A DNA stretch of 64,000 nucleotides from Chrysomallon squamiferum (GCA_012295275.1 CM022672.1:8866001-8930000); one strand, 5' to 3'. Shown: positions 12,855-48,697, numbered from the stretch's first letter. The notes: generated from the letters alone by a model not told the origin. Numbers and translations are program-made.

Positions 12855-14518
12855 GGGTCATTCCGTGTCAAATCACCCAAAAAAAAAAGAAATTTAAACC
12901 CGACCGTCTCAGATTTTTATAAAACTTGGTATACTTGTTGACTGGGATCCCACAGCACCAAATCTGAAATTTTAGCTCAATCAGACCAGTGGTGTGGGAG
13001 ATATGGCCCACCGAATTTTGAGATTTTTGCCAAAAATGGGTGTGACCACCAACCTTAGAACCCTTATATATTTAGGAAAGCACTGACTTTGTTCTATTGA
13101 ATTGAAGGTGCAGGCCAATACTGAAAATCCTTATTTCTTCCAGGGCTAACTGCAGCTTTAACTCTCCTGAAAATGTGTGTTATCAACACCATCATATTAA
13201 AAAGGAGTTGGAAAACTGAGGAAGTCAAACTCCTCACTCTTTGAAGTGGGATCAAAACACGGGACATCAAGAGTATCATGAACAAGAACTTTTCATCAAA
13301 TTTTCAACATTGCAGAAAAACTGCTGTGATCCCCTTAATCGCCACCCTGAGCAAGAATTGTTAGCATGGGCACTTACAAATGCTTAGTAAATCCTCCAAA
13401 GACACTAGTGCCAGGAGACAAGTTGTGCTGTGACTGTCTGATTACCCTTCAGAAATCAAAGGTCCTGCAGAGGATGGCTTTGGTATGGGTGGTATTACAA
13501 TGGGAGAATTTGGTGATAACTTGCCAGACAAACTGCTGGTTGTTGTTTCCCCAGAAAAGGACTTTGATTTGAATTCTATTCTGTCGAGTTTAGGCAAAAC
13601 TCCTGTCAAACTCCATTCTCTAGCACATTCCAGTGAATGAATGAAAGGACAGAAAAAGACTAGCATCAGCTACAGTAACATTAAAATGACATCTTAATGT
13701 CTGAATCCTACCCTGAGCGTGTGCAAATCTTGATTTTGTCACCCTTTACCATTGAAACCACAATGAATTGAAGGAGGAAATAATCCAATTTTATGAAAGT
13801 GATGAGAACAGTAGAATGTGTCTGGGAATGAAGGATACAGTGAGCATTTGAAACAAACATGGTGAGAAGGTTAAGCATCAGAAACACCTAGTTCTCTCAA
13901 ATTTATGTGAACTTTATGCATACATGTAGGCCTACAATGTCTTACTCGATGATCAAGAAAGATGGTGATCCCTAGCATCCAGAATTGATCATTCAGGATC
14001 AGATGTTAATGGCTGAAAAGGTGTTATTTTCATGTATGTACATTTTTTAAATCTATATTGTGGCTAAACAAAAAATATTACACCCAGGAAACTTTTATAT
14101 GTTTTAGTTAACATGTGGGAGATTAAATATCAATAAAGGTCATCTCAAGATCACGTGATCCACACGGTCAATTTCAAGGTCATAGCAAAGGTCAAAAGGT
14201 CAAGGTACTCCAATATTTTCCAAACTAAACAAAAATGGCAGATTTGGAATCCTTGTCATTTTGCCTTTCTAACAATACCAATTTTATGAAGATTGGCCCA
14301 GTAGTTCCTGAGATATGAGGGTTCTAAGGTTGGTGGTCACACCCATTTTTGGCAAAAATCTCAAAATTCGGTGGGCCGTATCTCCCACACCACTGGTCTG
14401 ATTGAGCTAAAATTTCAGATTTGGTGCTGTGGGATCCCAGTCAACAAGTATACCAAGTTTTATAAAAATCTGAGACGGTCGGGTTTAAACCATTGGGTGA
14501 TTTGACACGGAATGACCC
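12855..14518 (+). mobile_element. Sola2-type DNA transposon, internally deleted and non-autonomous
   Basis: Termini GGGTCATTCCGTGTCAAATCACCCA / TGGGTGATTTGACACGGAATGACCC with ~210-bp TIRs; flanks TTTG/TTTT (imperfect 4-bp TSD). Internal remnant 13762-13920 reads NELKEEIIQFYESDENSRMCLGMKDTVSI*NKHGEKVKHQKHLVLSNLCELYA, matching the FY..D..SR.CPG.KD...QKRL.L.NL.ELY block of Sola2 transposases. GRG termini and 4-bp TSD fit Sola2. Confidence 0.82.
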
Positions 14519-14939
14519 TTTTCCATTCTCTCTTTAACCAGTTGTAGTAGTCTTACTTCAGATATTATTGGCATAATACAAACACATTTTGTAGGGACAA
14601 TGGAGATTGGCTTATTTAAACTATTTGTTTCACATATCTACAGATTAAGACTTGTAGAATCATGTTATATATCACATTTCAGAATACAGTAACTTGTACA
14701 AGATCAGACTGAGATTATTCAATGATGCATTTTTATATTTTTATTCTTAAACAAACAGGAGAGGTTAATAAAGAAGAAACACAGATGTTTTTGTGAGGAC
14801 TAACTATTTTATTTCTTCTTTTTTTTTTTCATATAAATGAGTGGAGGTGTATGTGTGTTCTATGTTTATTATTATTGTTAATACTGTAGTGATTTATTGA
14901 TGTTTTTGACACTGTTACTGTTCATGTTGTTAATTTTAT

Positions 14940-14993
<54 letters not shown>

Positions 14994-15279
14994 CATTCTC
15001 TGATAATAATAATAATAATAATAATAATAATAGAACAGTAGCAGTAGAAGTAGTAACAACAACAACAACAATGACAACAATAACAGTAATAAAATATAAT
15101 AATAATAATCCATACAACTTTATATATCATAATAATACTAATAATAGAAACATCAACAACAATAATAATAATATCTACAATGTTATATTTCATAAATAAA
15201 ACAACAAAGAGAAGTGAATAATAATAATAATATCTACAGTGTTATAATTCATAAATAAAACAATAAAGAGAAATGAATA

Positions 15280-15329
<50 letters not shown>

Positions 15330-15568
15330 CTGTACCTACAACATTATGTAAGTAAATAACAATACAACAAAGAGAAAATGTCCATACTAATTATATATCT
15401 GAACGTTAGATATCTACACACACACACACAAAACTCATTAGTGCAGCCGATGACACTGTTTGCTGACTGAATAACTATAACGACGAGTTTGTGTCATCTG
15501 TCTACTTAGCCACAACATTCAGTTAACTACACCACGGTGACAGGTGCTGCTTTTATCCTGTAACTCAC

Positions 15569-16271
15569 CAATGGCGGTTTCAGGGGGTGGTCTTAATGGT
15601 TACGAGACGGTCTAGGGTCTGGTTTGATACCCAGACCCATCTGTCGATACCAAGGTATTTGAGGACGTCCTATAAAGACTGGGATCGTAAAGTTGCTCCG
15701 AAATTACCAGAGCAGGTCGGAGACGTTCGATTCAAATGTCAGATAGGCTATTTTTAGATAGCGTAAATTAAAAAAAAAAAAAAAAAAAACCCAAAACAAG
15801 ATATTAATATAAAATAAAATATTTTAAATTTTATTATTATTATTAGTTCAACTTTATATATATATAAAAACTAAAAATAGCGAAAAAATGCAGTGTTTGA
15901 TAATAAATTAATTTGTTTTTCTTACAATTTTTATTTTAAAAGCATTCGTTTGCAACGAAATTATTATGATAAAATGTTGAAATTTTATTATTACTAATGA
16001 TTGATTTTCATTTGCAATCGCGTAATTTGTTATGAAACATTATAACTAAGTAAATGATGACGATAATAGTGATAATAATAAGATATACAATTATTATTAT
16101 TATTATTAAATAAACAAATAAAGAAAAACAACAGTAACAGTCATAATAAATATTAATTAACATCAGCCGATTCTACAGATAAATGTAATGATTTTCTTTT
16201 ACAGATTTTTTCTTTACAAAATCTATCGATTTAGCCCTCCTCCCCTTACAAACACGCCTGGATCCGCCCCT
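15569..16271. mobile_element. Degraded MITE with GGCGGATCCAGG-type termini
   Basis: Left CAATGGCGGTTTCAGGGGG versus right CCTGGATCCGCCCCT form imperfect inverted termini; no TSD seen. Confidence 0.35.
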
Positions 16272-17150
16272 CGGCTGTCACTGTTACTCTGTTGGTTCAC
16301 ATCTGTTTCGCGATGAAAGGTGATAATTGTAGTTCTTTATCATAATATACCTGTTTTCACGCTTTACATGTGTACGTAATAATAATAATAATAATAAAAA
16401 TCTAGTAGTTTTACGAGAAACATTATTTAATATCCACAGGTTCATTTTACATCAAACATGTGCAAGCGATACAGAACAGCGCAGAAAAATAGCAAGTTAA
16501 AACATACTAATAAATAAGCAAAGAAAAAAAAAAAAAAAAAAAAAAAGAGAGTAAGTAACAAAAATAAAAATAAAAATAAATAAATAAATAATAATAATAA
16601 TAGTAATAACGATCATGATGGTTATGGCGACGACGATACATATGTGTGTGTGTGTGTGCAAAAAAAAAAATCGAATCAAATAAATCAATTAATTCAAACA
16701 AATATAATTTTTCTTAAAAATTAATATAAGAAAGAAAGAGAAAATATGATATAATAATATACAGAGACACAAACAGATCAAAATAAAATAAATCAATTAA
16801 TTCATACAAAAATGTTTTTCTTAAAAATCAATAACAAAACACAAAGAGGTAATGACGCTGATGATGATGATGATAACAACAACAACAATCATAATTATAA
16901 TGATAATTATCAACGAAACAACATTATTAATGATTAATTACTATTATATTTTTTGTCTCTCATTCAAACAATAATTTCTATGATATTAACAACTTTGGTT
17001 TAAATTTAGGCAGTAAAAATTAAGTTATCATGTAGGCTACTCTTCGGAAAGACCAGTTACTTGTTACATAAACGATATCTTAATCCAGCGTTATAGCAAA
17101 ATGTAAATATAACCTTTAACCTTTTGCGGAAATGAGAATCTTCTCCGTTC

Positions 17151-17160
17151 TGATTGGTGG
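17151..17160 (+). promoter_or_regulatory. Inverted CCAAT box in the probable ZMYND19 promoter
   Basis: TGATTGGTGG about 130 bp upstream of the ZMYND19 ATG, in a locally CpG-richer stretch. Confidence 0.35.
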
Positions 17161-17283
17161 ACGCTTCGCCTCATTCCCACGTGTATAGGGAGAAGAGAGA
17201 CAACAAAAGCCAGTACTTCAAACGGCAGGTTTTCCTTGTTGTTGTTTTGGCGTTGATATTTATTTATTTCGAACAGGGAATCC

Positions 17284-38291
<21,008 letters not shown>

Positions 38292-39675
38292 CCTTCGAGG
38301 TTTTGTAAATCTGTGTACCATATTACTACTAACTTATGAAAATCTCTTCTACATGTACATTAATCATTTGCTCATTCTGTCCCTCATATTTGTTATATAC
38401 GAGTGCAAGCTGGTTATGAAGATGGGCACGAGAGAGTGAATGAATGTTTCTCTTTGATGAACTTTGTTTTGTGTTTTTTGACTGTTGTTAGTTGTGTGTA
38501 GAATAAAGAGTGTTAGGATAAGAAGTACTAAAATGGATAATTGTTTCCATGAAAAGAATTGATGGAATGTTTACTGTGCAGAAAATACATAAATTTCATT
38601 TTAAAAAGAAATAATAAACAACAACATCAGCAAGAACAACAATAATATATGACAAGTACAATAAATAATGTTTCTTGTAAAATAAGAGAATTTGCTGAAA
38701 TGGAGCTATTTTCAGAACATAATATTTTTTATTATTTGGTCTGACATTATTTTAATATGTGGTTTCACTTGAAAAATATTAATAATTTCTTCACATAAAT
38801 TCAGTATGTCATCCATTTTTTTAGATATTTTTCCTGTTTTTTAAAAGAAAAAAAAAATCTCTTTTGTACTTTTGACCTAGAAAGGGTCCATTATGAACTT
38901 TCAGAACACTGTATTTAAAGTTTGTGGTGTAAAATTCTATAATTTTAAATTTTAAAATAAAATAAAAACTTTATCATCCACATAATTTCTTTCCTGTGAC
39001 TGACACAGCACAAACCAGACATGATTATTTGCAGGCAGATTTTAATGTTTTAATAACATAATCAAAATTTGTTTTCACCAATTTCTTTCCTATTGGTGAA
39101 ATTGACTGATACTAAGACTGAGTCTATAGTAAAAAAAAACATAAAAAAATAAATAAAATAAAATAAAATAACCACAATAATTTTTTTTATAATAAGATTA
39201 TGTTAAACAGTTTCATTTTATAAATATAACAAAAAAGATTTTAAAACCAGATTAAAATACATACTAGTACTACTACTTCTAATATTACTACTACTGCTTC
39301 TAATTATTATAATAATAATAGTATATAAATAAATAAAAAGTAAAAATATGTGTAATATTGTATGTTATTTAATGTCATACTTAAGTAATGTAACATGTGA
39401 TGTGTATTGAGCAGGGTGAATGTGTAGTATGATTCCAGTAAGAAAATAATTATGTTTTATATATAAAGTCATCTAAGGGATCTTAGAACCTGTAATTGCA
39501 AAAAAAACATTTCATAGCTTTGTAGACCATTTTAGTCTGTTTTCAAAATTCAATTAATTAATTTATTCTTTAATATTATTATACATATTAATTTATCACT
39601 TTTATTATTACCACTGATTTATAATTTATTAGCATTTATCATTCTCATCATCATGAATTATTATTATTATTATTA

Positions 39676-39710
<35 letters not shown>

Positions 39711-40016
39711 CATATTAATTTATCACTTTTATTATTACCACTGATTTATAATTATTATTATACAAAAAGAATAATATGTTTTAGTTATAACTCAGTTATA
39801 ATTTTTATAGGTTATTTTTATTTATTTAATCATTTCATTTTATCTTCATTGTAATTCCAACAACAATAGAAAAATAATTATATATATTTTCCATTGAATT
39901 CCAAATTTATTTAACATATTTATGTTTTTAAAAGCATTTTAAAATCTAGTGCTGTGTTTTGTGACCATTTGATGAAAATATGTCTAACAAAGTAATTTTG
40001 ATGAATATACTTTTTC

Positions 40017-40064
<48 letters not shown>

Positions 40065-40725
40065 GACAGACTGACTGAATGAAATAGAGTCATTAACAAG
40101 ACACATCATAACATTTTTAAATATTCAAGATTTCATTACTAATTGTATGAATATTGACACATATGATCGGGATACTGCAATAACATTTCAAATGATAAAA
40201 CTATCACATGATTGATAAAGCTAGCCTCATTAATAGTTACTGTACAAATTAACTTACAAATAGAAATTTTACTTTTTTCTTGTTTTTTCTCTCATTATGT
40301 GCAAGTATAGTAACAAAATTGTGAATACAATTAATATGTTAGTCTTACTTACTACTAACTCTCACTGTCTAATGGCATGATTTTCATAATTAATTAATTA
40401 ATTAATAATTATTGTTATTAATACCATTATTACATCATTACCTATACTATTATTACTTTTACCATTATTATCATCATTGTCTATTATTACTTTTATAATA
40501 CTGTAATTGTTTTTCTAATTATTATTATTATTATTCTTAATTTCCTTTACTAAAACAATAGAATTTCGTAATCTGTTGTATTAATATTAAGCTGATAATT
40601 AAAATTTCTTAATATATTTTTACTCTGCTTAGAAGAATAGAATAGAAGAGAAAACCAGTATTTCTAAAATTCACAGAATTGAAAAAGAAAATAAAAAGAA
40701 AAAAGTGTAGTGTGTGTGTATATGT

Positions 40726-40756
<31 letters not shown>

Positions 40757-41232
40757 AACTGTATAATCACTATGCTTATTAATACAAATTTTTTCAAACT
40801 TATATTATAATTTACTGCCAATAACATTTCATATTTAGCTATTAAAAAAAAAGAAAAAAAAAGCAACAATTAGTTGTTAATTAAATAAAACCTTTCAAAA
40901 CCAACATTCTATACATGTACCTACTAGCATATAGCATTACATTCCACTAACCTATTTATTTACTTAATTTTCACAAAATGGCTTGGAGATGATGGTAGGT
41001 GTCCTCATAAAATCCATAAACTTACCAATATCCAAACATATCTGTCTCCATGTTGTTTCAGTGATTCTCTTTATGTAAAAGTTTTATAATTTAAAAATGA
41101 TCTATATATCCAGTATGTTTTGTGTTATTGCTTTTATGCATAAAACCTTTATCTTGTGATTTACATTTGAATTTTACAGTGTTAAATCTCATTTAATGAA
41201 TTATTATTTCCATTATTATAATTATCATCATT

Positions 41233-41281
<49 letters not shown>

Positions 41282-42413
41282 TGTTTAATATAAATATTTC
41301 TTGTTAATGTTTTTTTCTTCTCACTATCTTTATTTTTTATATCTGTGATTCAGATTTAAATAATACAATTTATATTTGATCTATTTTTGTTTTTCATTAA
41401 TTTTTAACAGAAAATTCTTTAGCTGTATCTCAATTAAAAACGATTAATTTTTATCTATTTGTTGCTAACATGCATTACAACCTTTGACCTCTCCTAGATT
41501 TTATATCAAGTTTGTTTGAGACAGACAGGTACAACCCATCTAAAACAAGTAGATTTAATATGGAGTTAATGTCAAATGTGCCCGTTATAAATAGTAAAAG
41601 AAAAAAAATCTCACGCTAGTTGTGATTTTAAATTTTCTTTTTTAATCTTATTCTTCTTATTATTATTTTACACACTTATATCTAGTCACCTTCACACCAT
41701 TATTAAATCCTGAGTTGTAAATAATAAATTAAGTGAAACTTTATCATTAGAAAAGCATAGCTAGACGAATCCATGGTATAGAATGGTTTTAGAAGTGAGA
41801 CTTATATTTTCTTTAACTTTTTAAAAACCTTTACTGACTGCTGTGGTGGTTATCATTTTGGTTACCTGTGTAGTGATCATAATTAAGTGTTTGTGTATTA
41901 GCAATCAAAATACACTGAGATATAAAAATAAAACACCTGATATCAGTAGCTGGTTCAGCACGATGCTTGGGTACTGTCTCCTGTCATCATAGTTCAAGTT
42001 TTTTGTTGTTAGATGGGGATATACCCTTCTTGTTAGAGAAATGACTGACCTCTTGTTAATTTCTGTCTGTGAAAACCACACGAATCATCCTTGTTTACTT
42101 GTTATACACTCGGTTGTTTGTAACTGTAATGATAACCATGGTGCTTCTTACTTTTGTATTGTTTTAGTACAAACACCTGCCTGTGAAAACGTAAATGCTA
42201 GTCAGAAAAAATAGAAAACAAAAAAAAAACACAGTGAAGTTTAGTTAACAAGAATTTATAATAAAACATTCCCTGGTAGTTTTATATTGCTTATATATTA
42301 CTGTTGCTAATATTATTATTTCTATTATCGCTTTACATGTAGTTATGTTTATTTACAAAACCACAGTGAGTTTTTATACACATTTGTTTGTCAAAACCTA
42401 CCTTAATGTTATA

Positions 42414-42791
42414 TATACTGAACAAAATCATTTAGGGATCTTGTAATATTTTTCATATTGTTTTGACTGGTAGTACCTTCTCTTTTTATTATCATTCTTA
42501 CTGATTTATTTATATTTCACAGTTAGATTATAGAAATTTGTCCCTCAAACTCTTCCATAGACTATGTTACTCCCAACTATACTGATCAAAAATATTTAAT
42601 GACCTCACTCTAATTGTTTATATTGTCTTGACGGGTCATGTCATTTGAAGTCTGTTAATATGGTAAAGTCATAAAATAATCTTACTTTTGATGTCCTTAA
42701 TTCATACTTGATGGAAAAAAAATCAACGTTTCATAAATGTTTCTTCACAAGTGAAAATATTTCATGGTCCCTAATTTTTTTGTTGAGTGTA
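42414..42791. mobile_element. Degraded Tc1-like MITE
   Basis: TATACTGAACAAAATCATTTAGGGATCTTGTAATATTTT versus the reverse complement of AAAATATTTCATGGTCCCTAATTTTTTTGTTGAGTGTA; TA ends. Confidence 0.55.
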
Positions 42792-45700
42792 TTTCATTTG
42801 TCCATATATGTCTGCTTTTCATGATTTTAAATTTTAAAATTTATTATTATTATTATTATTATTTTTTTAACTTAATGTGAGTCTATAGATGTTTGTATTT
42901 CACATATTAACATTCCAAAACAATGCTTGTAATTAGTAAGCTTTAAAGTATTGTAATTTTATTTCTCGTTTGTTTCAAATCAGCATAGTGTAAATTAGTA
43001 TGTTTGTTTTAACCATACTAACCATTTAATTTTCGTTGATTTGGTTTTAACACAATACTTTTAATCTGTATTTTTCACTAGTCAGGTTATTATTTATTAT
43101 GTTCGTAGATAGCATGATGATGTGTAACAATACATGAATGTTTTTAGTCCCATTCCAAACCTGTTTGTGCATGTAGTCTGTTCTTGTGTGTGAAAGCAAA
43201 ATATCGTCTTCAGGCTATTATCAGTCATTAAGGTGGTTTAAAATCAAAGAAACGTTTCAATAACCTGTAACTATTCCAGCTTTTTCTAGAAGAAAGAAAA
43301 AAAAGAAATTGGATTTAAAAATCTGAAAAACATAATATTTCAAAATGTTCAGCTTAATTTCATAAGCATGATTTCTTAAAAGATTAGTATTGCATAAACT
43401 AAAAAATTGACCGAGTTTATGACCGAAATAGGATTCGTTAATTCAGGCAGGATTTGAATTGTAAGAAAATGGGATTTACCGCCTGATGAAAAAAACAACA
43501 AAATTGAAATATACAGAAATAAACAATAATTTTAATAATCAGTAAATAAAAGTGAATAAAAGACTCATATTAAGAAACCAGAGCTGAAAAGTAAGAACAT
43601 GCAGTCTGAAATAAAACCAGGGCTGAAAATCAGAACTGTTTAGATCATAGTGTTAAACTGATAAATATAGAATAGTCTAGCTCAGCGATTCCAAATCATT
43701 TTGCTATTACAAAACCATGAAAATATTTTTCAGATACATTCTCTACAGCAAACCTGTTGTATTATTTATTTTACTGTTGTTTTTATCTGCTGTCTACTGT
43801 TTTGTCATACATCTGTATCACTACCTGTACTAAGAACCGCTTTTTGTTTCTTTTACAAAATAAAGTATTAAAATAGATTGTTTGTTTTTTTTGTCTTTCT
43901 TTTAACTAATGCACTCATGTGCTGACTGATGTTTTGTTTGTTGATTTGCAGTTGTTTTCATAATGAAATATTTCATATTAATTTCTTTAACCAGCTGGGC
44001 CCCAAGTCACTCAGCCTGTGAGTGATGACACGGTTTGCCTCTCAGCCGGTCCACTCAACAGTTGATTGATGACAATCACTGGTTTGTTTTCGCTGATTAA
44101 TATATTTTTATTATGTTTCAGAGCTGATATTTGGGTTGGTGAACTTCTGTGAAAGGACAGATGATCTTATTTTGTGATTTCCGTGGTCACTGAGGAAGAG
44201 GGACTGCAAGTTGTAGCGAGTCACTTAGGTAGCTCTAGTCGGAGTGTGAAATCATTCTAGACCCTGTGTAGCCGTGTTCTGTTGAAAATATCAGTGCTTC
44301 AGTAATCATGTTATCACAAAATAAAACCTGACAAAACATACTGAGATCATTCAAAAGGGCATTTTTCATTGTTTATTAATCAAATCAGTTATACTGGATC
44401 TGGCTAAAATAATATAGTCAATACTAGATGTTAATCAAATAATTATACATTAGTCAACAATGTGGTGAATTTTAGAACATCGAAATGTCACAAAACTTGC
44501 AATGGAAATGTGCATTCCTTCGTGTTCTGTTCCTGTAGCAGATGAGGCAGCGTCGATGTGGATAAACTACCAGAAAATGGCACTTGGTCAACATGGGCCT
44601 GATTCACTGTCTCTGTGGATAGAAGACGGTGTTGCAGGAAAAGGAGAGAAGGAAGAGTGTGAAGTTTGATCGTTGTCCATAAAGTGAAAAAATTGTATTT
44701 TGTACCATTTCACAGTCATATGGGGATTATTCAGATATGATTTAGCACAGTTATTTATTGAAAGTATACAAGAAATGGAAGAAAATGAACAAACTAAAGA
44801 AAAAGAAAGATAAAAAGATGTAAGAAAACAGGCGCAAAACTCCCGGTTACGTGAGTTGGCTCTAGATCACGAGATGTCGCACTTCTTCCTAGAATTCAAC
44901 CAGTGTCTTTACTTTCATTTTGAATAAAGATAATACTACAATAACTATCAAAAAAGTAAATAGATATATTTTAATAAACTTTTCTTACTATCATCACCAT
45001 CATCGTCATTATTATCAGTAAGTATTTCAACAGTTCGTATTATCGTTGACCTCAATTTTTACCCTAACAACAAGTTTGCCTGTAGCGATTACATTTATTT
45101 ATCTATAATAAAAAGAAAATTTATAATTACCTCCATCATTTGAATTAAAAGTATTAATGATCAGTAGTGTCGTATTGACAAAGATCAGACGAAACAAAAT
45201 AAAGAGAAAATAAAGAGAACGAGAGAAGTGGGAACCATCTATTATGTGTTGTGGTAACAGCCATCCGATATATTGCAATGTTTGGCCTGTTTAATATTTG
45301 TCGTATGTAATAGAAGGCGAGAGAATACAATATAATTTTTTTTTTTTTTTTTTTTTTCGCAGTTAATATTTTATTAATTTAGAAAACAAAGACAAGTAGA
45401 AAAAACATTTTACTTTAAACGAGCTTTGCAACAAAAACGAGATGGTTTCCTAGAAATGCACAATAGTTAATGTATAAGCTGTACTAAACTTCTCAACTGC
45501 CAGTCCTACTGTAAATGAAACGTTTTACCTGGAAAGCTTGTTTTTTTTTTGCTTTTTTTTATCACAAGAAAACCTTTTATGAAAATATATACAATTATTC
45601 ACCAGAATAAATTGAAATGTAGGCTAAAAAAATCTAATTTTTAAATCACTAAAATGAATGTGAAATAGCAGAATGCAATGAAAATAAATGTTGAAGGAGT

Positions 45701-46774
45701 AAATTCTAGAAATATTAGTTCATTCTTTTGATATGTGAAGATGATGCTTTTGATGATAATGTTTGTGTGTGTATTTTATGTCGATGAACTTCGAAATGTA
45801 TGTGCATGGGTCAATGGCGTAGTTAAGATACGGCAAGGATCTGGGTGCCAGAGAACACTTTCTATTATGTGACTGGTTAGTCCGGTGGCAGGGACCGATA
45901 AGCGTGCATTGCGTCCGTACAAAGTTTTTTGTGCGGATTGCCCAAGGGTGACAGAGTGGCATCATTCAGATTCTTAAAGAGCACATCTCGGAGGTATAGA
46001 AACAGCAAAAAAACTTCGTACGGACTGTATTGCAAAAATCTGGGGTTTGGCAACCGGACTAGATCTTTTTGAGCTGATTTTATGGTAAAGTTATCTGAAA
46101 GGTGGATGTTTGATGTTTTCACTGGTGCGCAATTTGAGTGCACGCCACAGGCGACATTTTTCGACCCTACGCTAATGATACGGATCATTCCGTGTAAAAA
46201 CTGTAACCTGAGCGATTCTGAGTTTGATGAAAATCGCTAACCATGATTATTTTGATCTCAGACGCCTAAAATAATATGAGTTTTTCTTCATAACATCATT
46301 ACTTTTATAAATATTGTGCTTCGTAATTTAAATGTTGTTGGTTGTAAAAATGGGCGCGCGATAAAATGCGTATTTATGATCTGATTTTGTTTACAATGAA
46401 AATACCTGTGTAAAAAGATGTTACAAGACATACCTCAAATCACAAACAAAAGCAAACATGGTTGGGTATGTTGACTAGGAGGTCGGGATCAAATGACTGA
46501 ACTCAGTTCAGTTGTAGAGCAAGATGCGGTTCACTTGACCAGCCTGTTCTAACAGGAGTGTGCTTATAAAGCTAATAATATTTCAGTTTGTATTTCTCAA
46601 AGGCATTATCAAATAAATAAATAACAAAATAAAAATCGCACATTTTCATCAAAACGAAAACAAACTGCGTTAGAAATAGGAAATGTTGCTCTTTATTGTG
46701 GTGCATGTTACATGTTCCCTTGAACAATAGCGTATTTGTGCCGAGCTGAGGAAAGGCAGCAATTTTCAGCGTGC

Positions 46775-46884
46775 TGGATGGATGGAGAACTCTTTTTACG
46801 TGCCCACGTCCAATTCAAGGTTCGGGCACGCCTATCACGGATCCGATCTCTGGGATCGCCAGGGATGGGTTCCGGGACAGGAGA
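46775..46884 (-). mobile_element. 5'-truncated SINE/LINE-like 3' end with target-site duplication
   Basis: 110-bp GC-rich insert flanked by the direct repeat TTTCAGCGTGC (46764-46774, 46885-46895). On minus it ends in a CCATCCATCCA tail and contains two stem-loops. Confidence 0.6.
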
Positions 46885-47379
46885 TTTCAGCGTGCAGCTG
46901 AATCACACGGGCACGAGTACTTATATCAAATAGGCCAAGCTGTGCACTGCGGCGATTGGCTGTTATCAGCAAAACTGACCCCAAACAAAACAACAAATAA
47001 CACGACGACAAAGATGGCTCTTAGTTTCACGTCCCCAATTTTCTCTCCTTTTTTCCCCTTTTTTAATTAATAAAGTGATCATTGTAACTACATATTTAAA
47101 CATTTTGAACATTCAACAAACGAGGTAATTATAAATTTTGTTTTTATTTTACGTAAATATATGATCGAAGTAGACAAATGTGACGTTAGGGTACAAAGAA
47201 AGGTCGAAAGAAAACTGGTTAGATACTGTTTCGTAATAGTAAATATAATTATCATTATTTATTTATTTATTTATTTAATAATTTATTTATTATAAATAAT
47301 TGTTTATCATCATCATCATTATTATTATTGATGGGCATATAACAACAACCATAGATTAATTTCACTATTTTCCAGTTAG

Positions 47380-48085
47380 GTGTCAGTAACTATTCTTACG
47401 TAAAACTATTGAAATAAGGAAGTATTTTATAGATTCTTTTATTTATTTAGTATTGAAGAGTTATTTTTATTTTTTAATTAAATCTTTAGTTATTGTTGAT
47501 CTTTTTTCTTTTTTTTCTCCTTCTTCATCTTCTTTTCATTATTTTTGGTGTTGTTGTTGTTGTTGGTGGTGTTGTTCTTGTTTTATTTCATTTTATTTAT
47601 TTATTTATTGGTCGAGTGATAATGGATGTTTCATTTATTTTTTATTTTTTAGATTAATTTCAATTGAAAATTACTATCGTAATTAAATTCCTCCCAATAA
47701 AAGTTACTTATTCTATTGGTACATAGCACAGTATTATTTGAAGAAAAATATCTTATATTTACGAGGTTGAAATTTCAATAAAGAACAAATCAAGATTTCA
47801 TATTCTCTATAAAATATAAATATTTTCCAACTAAATGTCAGTAACCATTCTTACGTAAAACTATTGAAACCAGGAAGTATTTTCTTTGTGAATTTAATTT
47901 AATAGATTCTTTTTATTTATTTAGTATTCAAGAGATATTTTTCATTATAATTTTTATTTTTATTGTTGATCTTCTTTTACTTTGTTTTCTTCTTCTTCAA
48001 TTTCTTTTCATTATTGTTGTTGTTGGTGTTGTTGTTGTTCCTGTTTTATTTCATTTTATATATTTATTTAATCGAGTGATTAATT
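47380..48085 (+). repeat. Local ~250-bp direct duplication (47380-47640 vs 47836-48085)
   Basis: Both copies start TGTCAGTAAC(T/C)ATTCTTACGTAAAACTATTGAAA and end ...TCGAGTGAT. Confidence 0.85.
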
Positions 48086-48621
48086 TATTCATTTGTTTGT
48101 CCATGACGGTAATTATCTAAAGTTTTTCGCTTGTTCGTTCTTTAGATTCTATTTATTTAATCATAGGTTCTAAAGTTATTTATTATTCATTTATTTAGTC
48201 GTTCCTTCATTCATTAATTTCCTCTTTAGTTTATTTATTTATTTTCTCGCTTGTTGATTGACAGGATTCTTTTTTCTTCAGCTCTTTGTCTGTTTATTGA
48301 TTCTTTCTTTATTTATTCGCTCTTTTGATCTTGTAATACTTTTCTGAATATCAGTGAAATTACATATAACAGAAGTAAACCGTCATAAATGAATCCCCCG
48401 TCATTAGTATGGCATTTCTTTGTGTTTTGCTTAACGTAGCTATTTTTAAATTTTAATTTAATGACAATTATTAATTCAGATTTTCTCTCTATCTGCGCGT
48501 GTAATTTCTGAATTTGATTTCCCTCATTCTCTTTCGAATTTTTAATCAATTTATTTATTTATTTATTTATTTATTTATGCAATCTTTACAAATTCATTTA
48601 TTGTTTGTTTTGTTGTTGGCT

Positions 48622-48697
<76 letters not shown>

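Noticed and set aside
15160-15285. ~59-bp tandem duplication (a similar ~45-bp one lies at 39580/39709)
   Set aside because: Ordinary slippage next to (TAA)n tracts, with no link to a functional site.
38292-45700. Hidden gene or ncRNA in the long AT-rich stretch after ZMYND19
   Set aside because: No ORF, tRNA/snRNA motif or convincing exon chain found by eye; it may be a long 3' UTR, which needs RNA data.
45780-46260. GC-richer block with ORFs 45720-45965 and 45877-46188 and a Sola2-terminus-like GGATCATTCCGTGTAAAA at 46182
   Set aside because: No recognisable protein motif and no matching second terminus or TSD; probably an old transposon fragment that I cannot classify.
46831-46881. Hammerhead or HDV-like ribozyme
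   Set aside because: Only a CTGGCGA resemblance; the conserved GAAA and three-stem or pseudoknot topology are absent.
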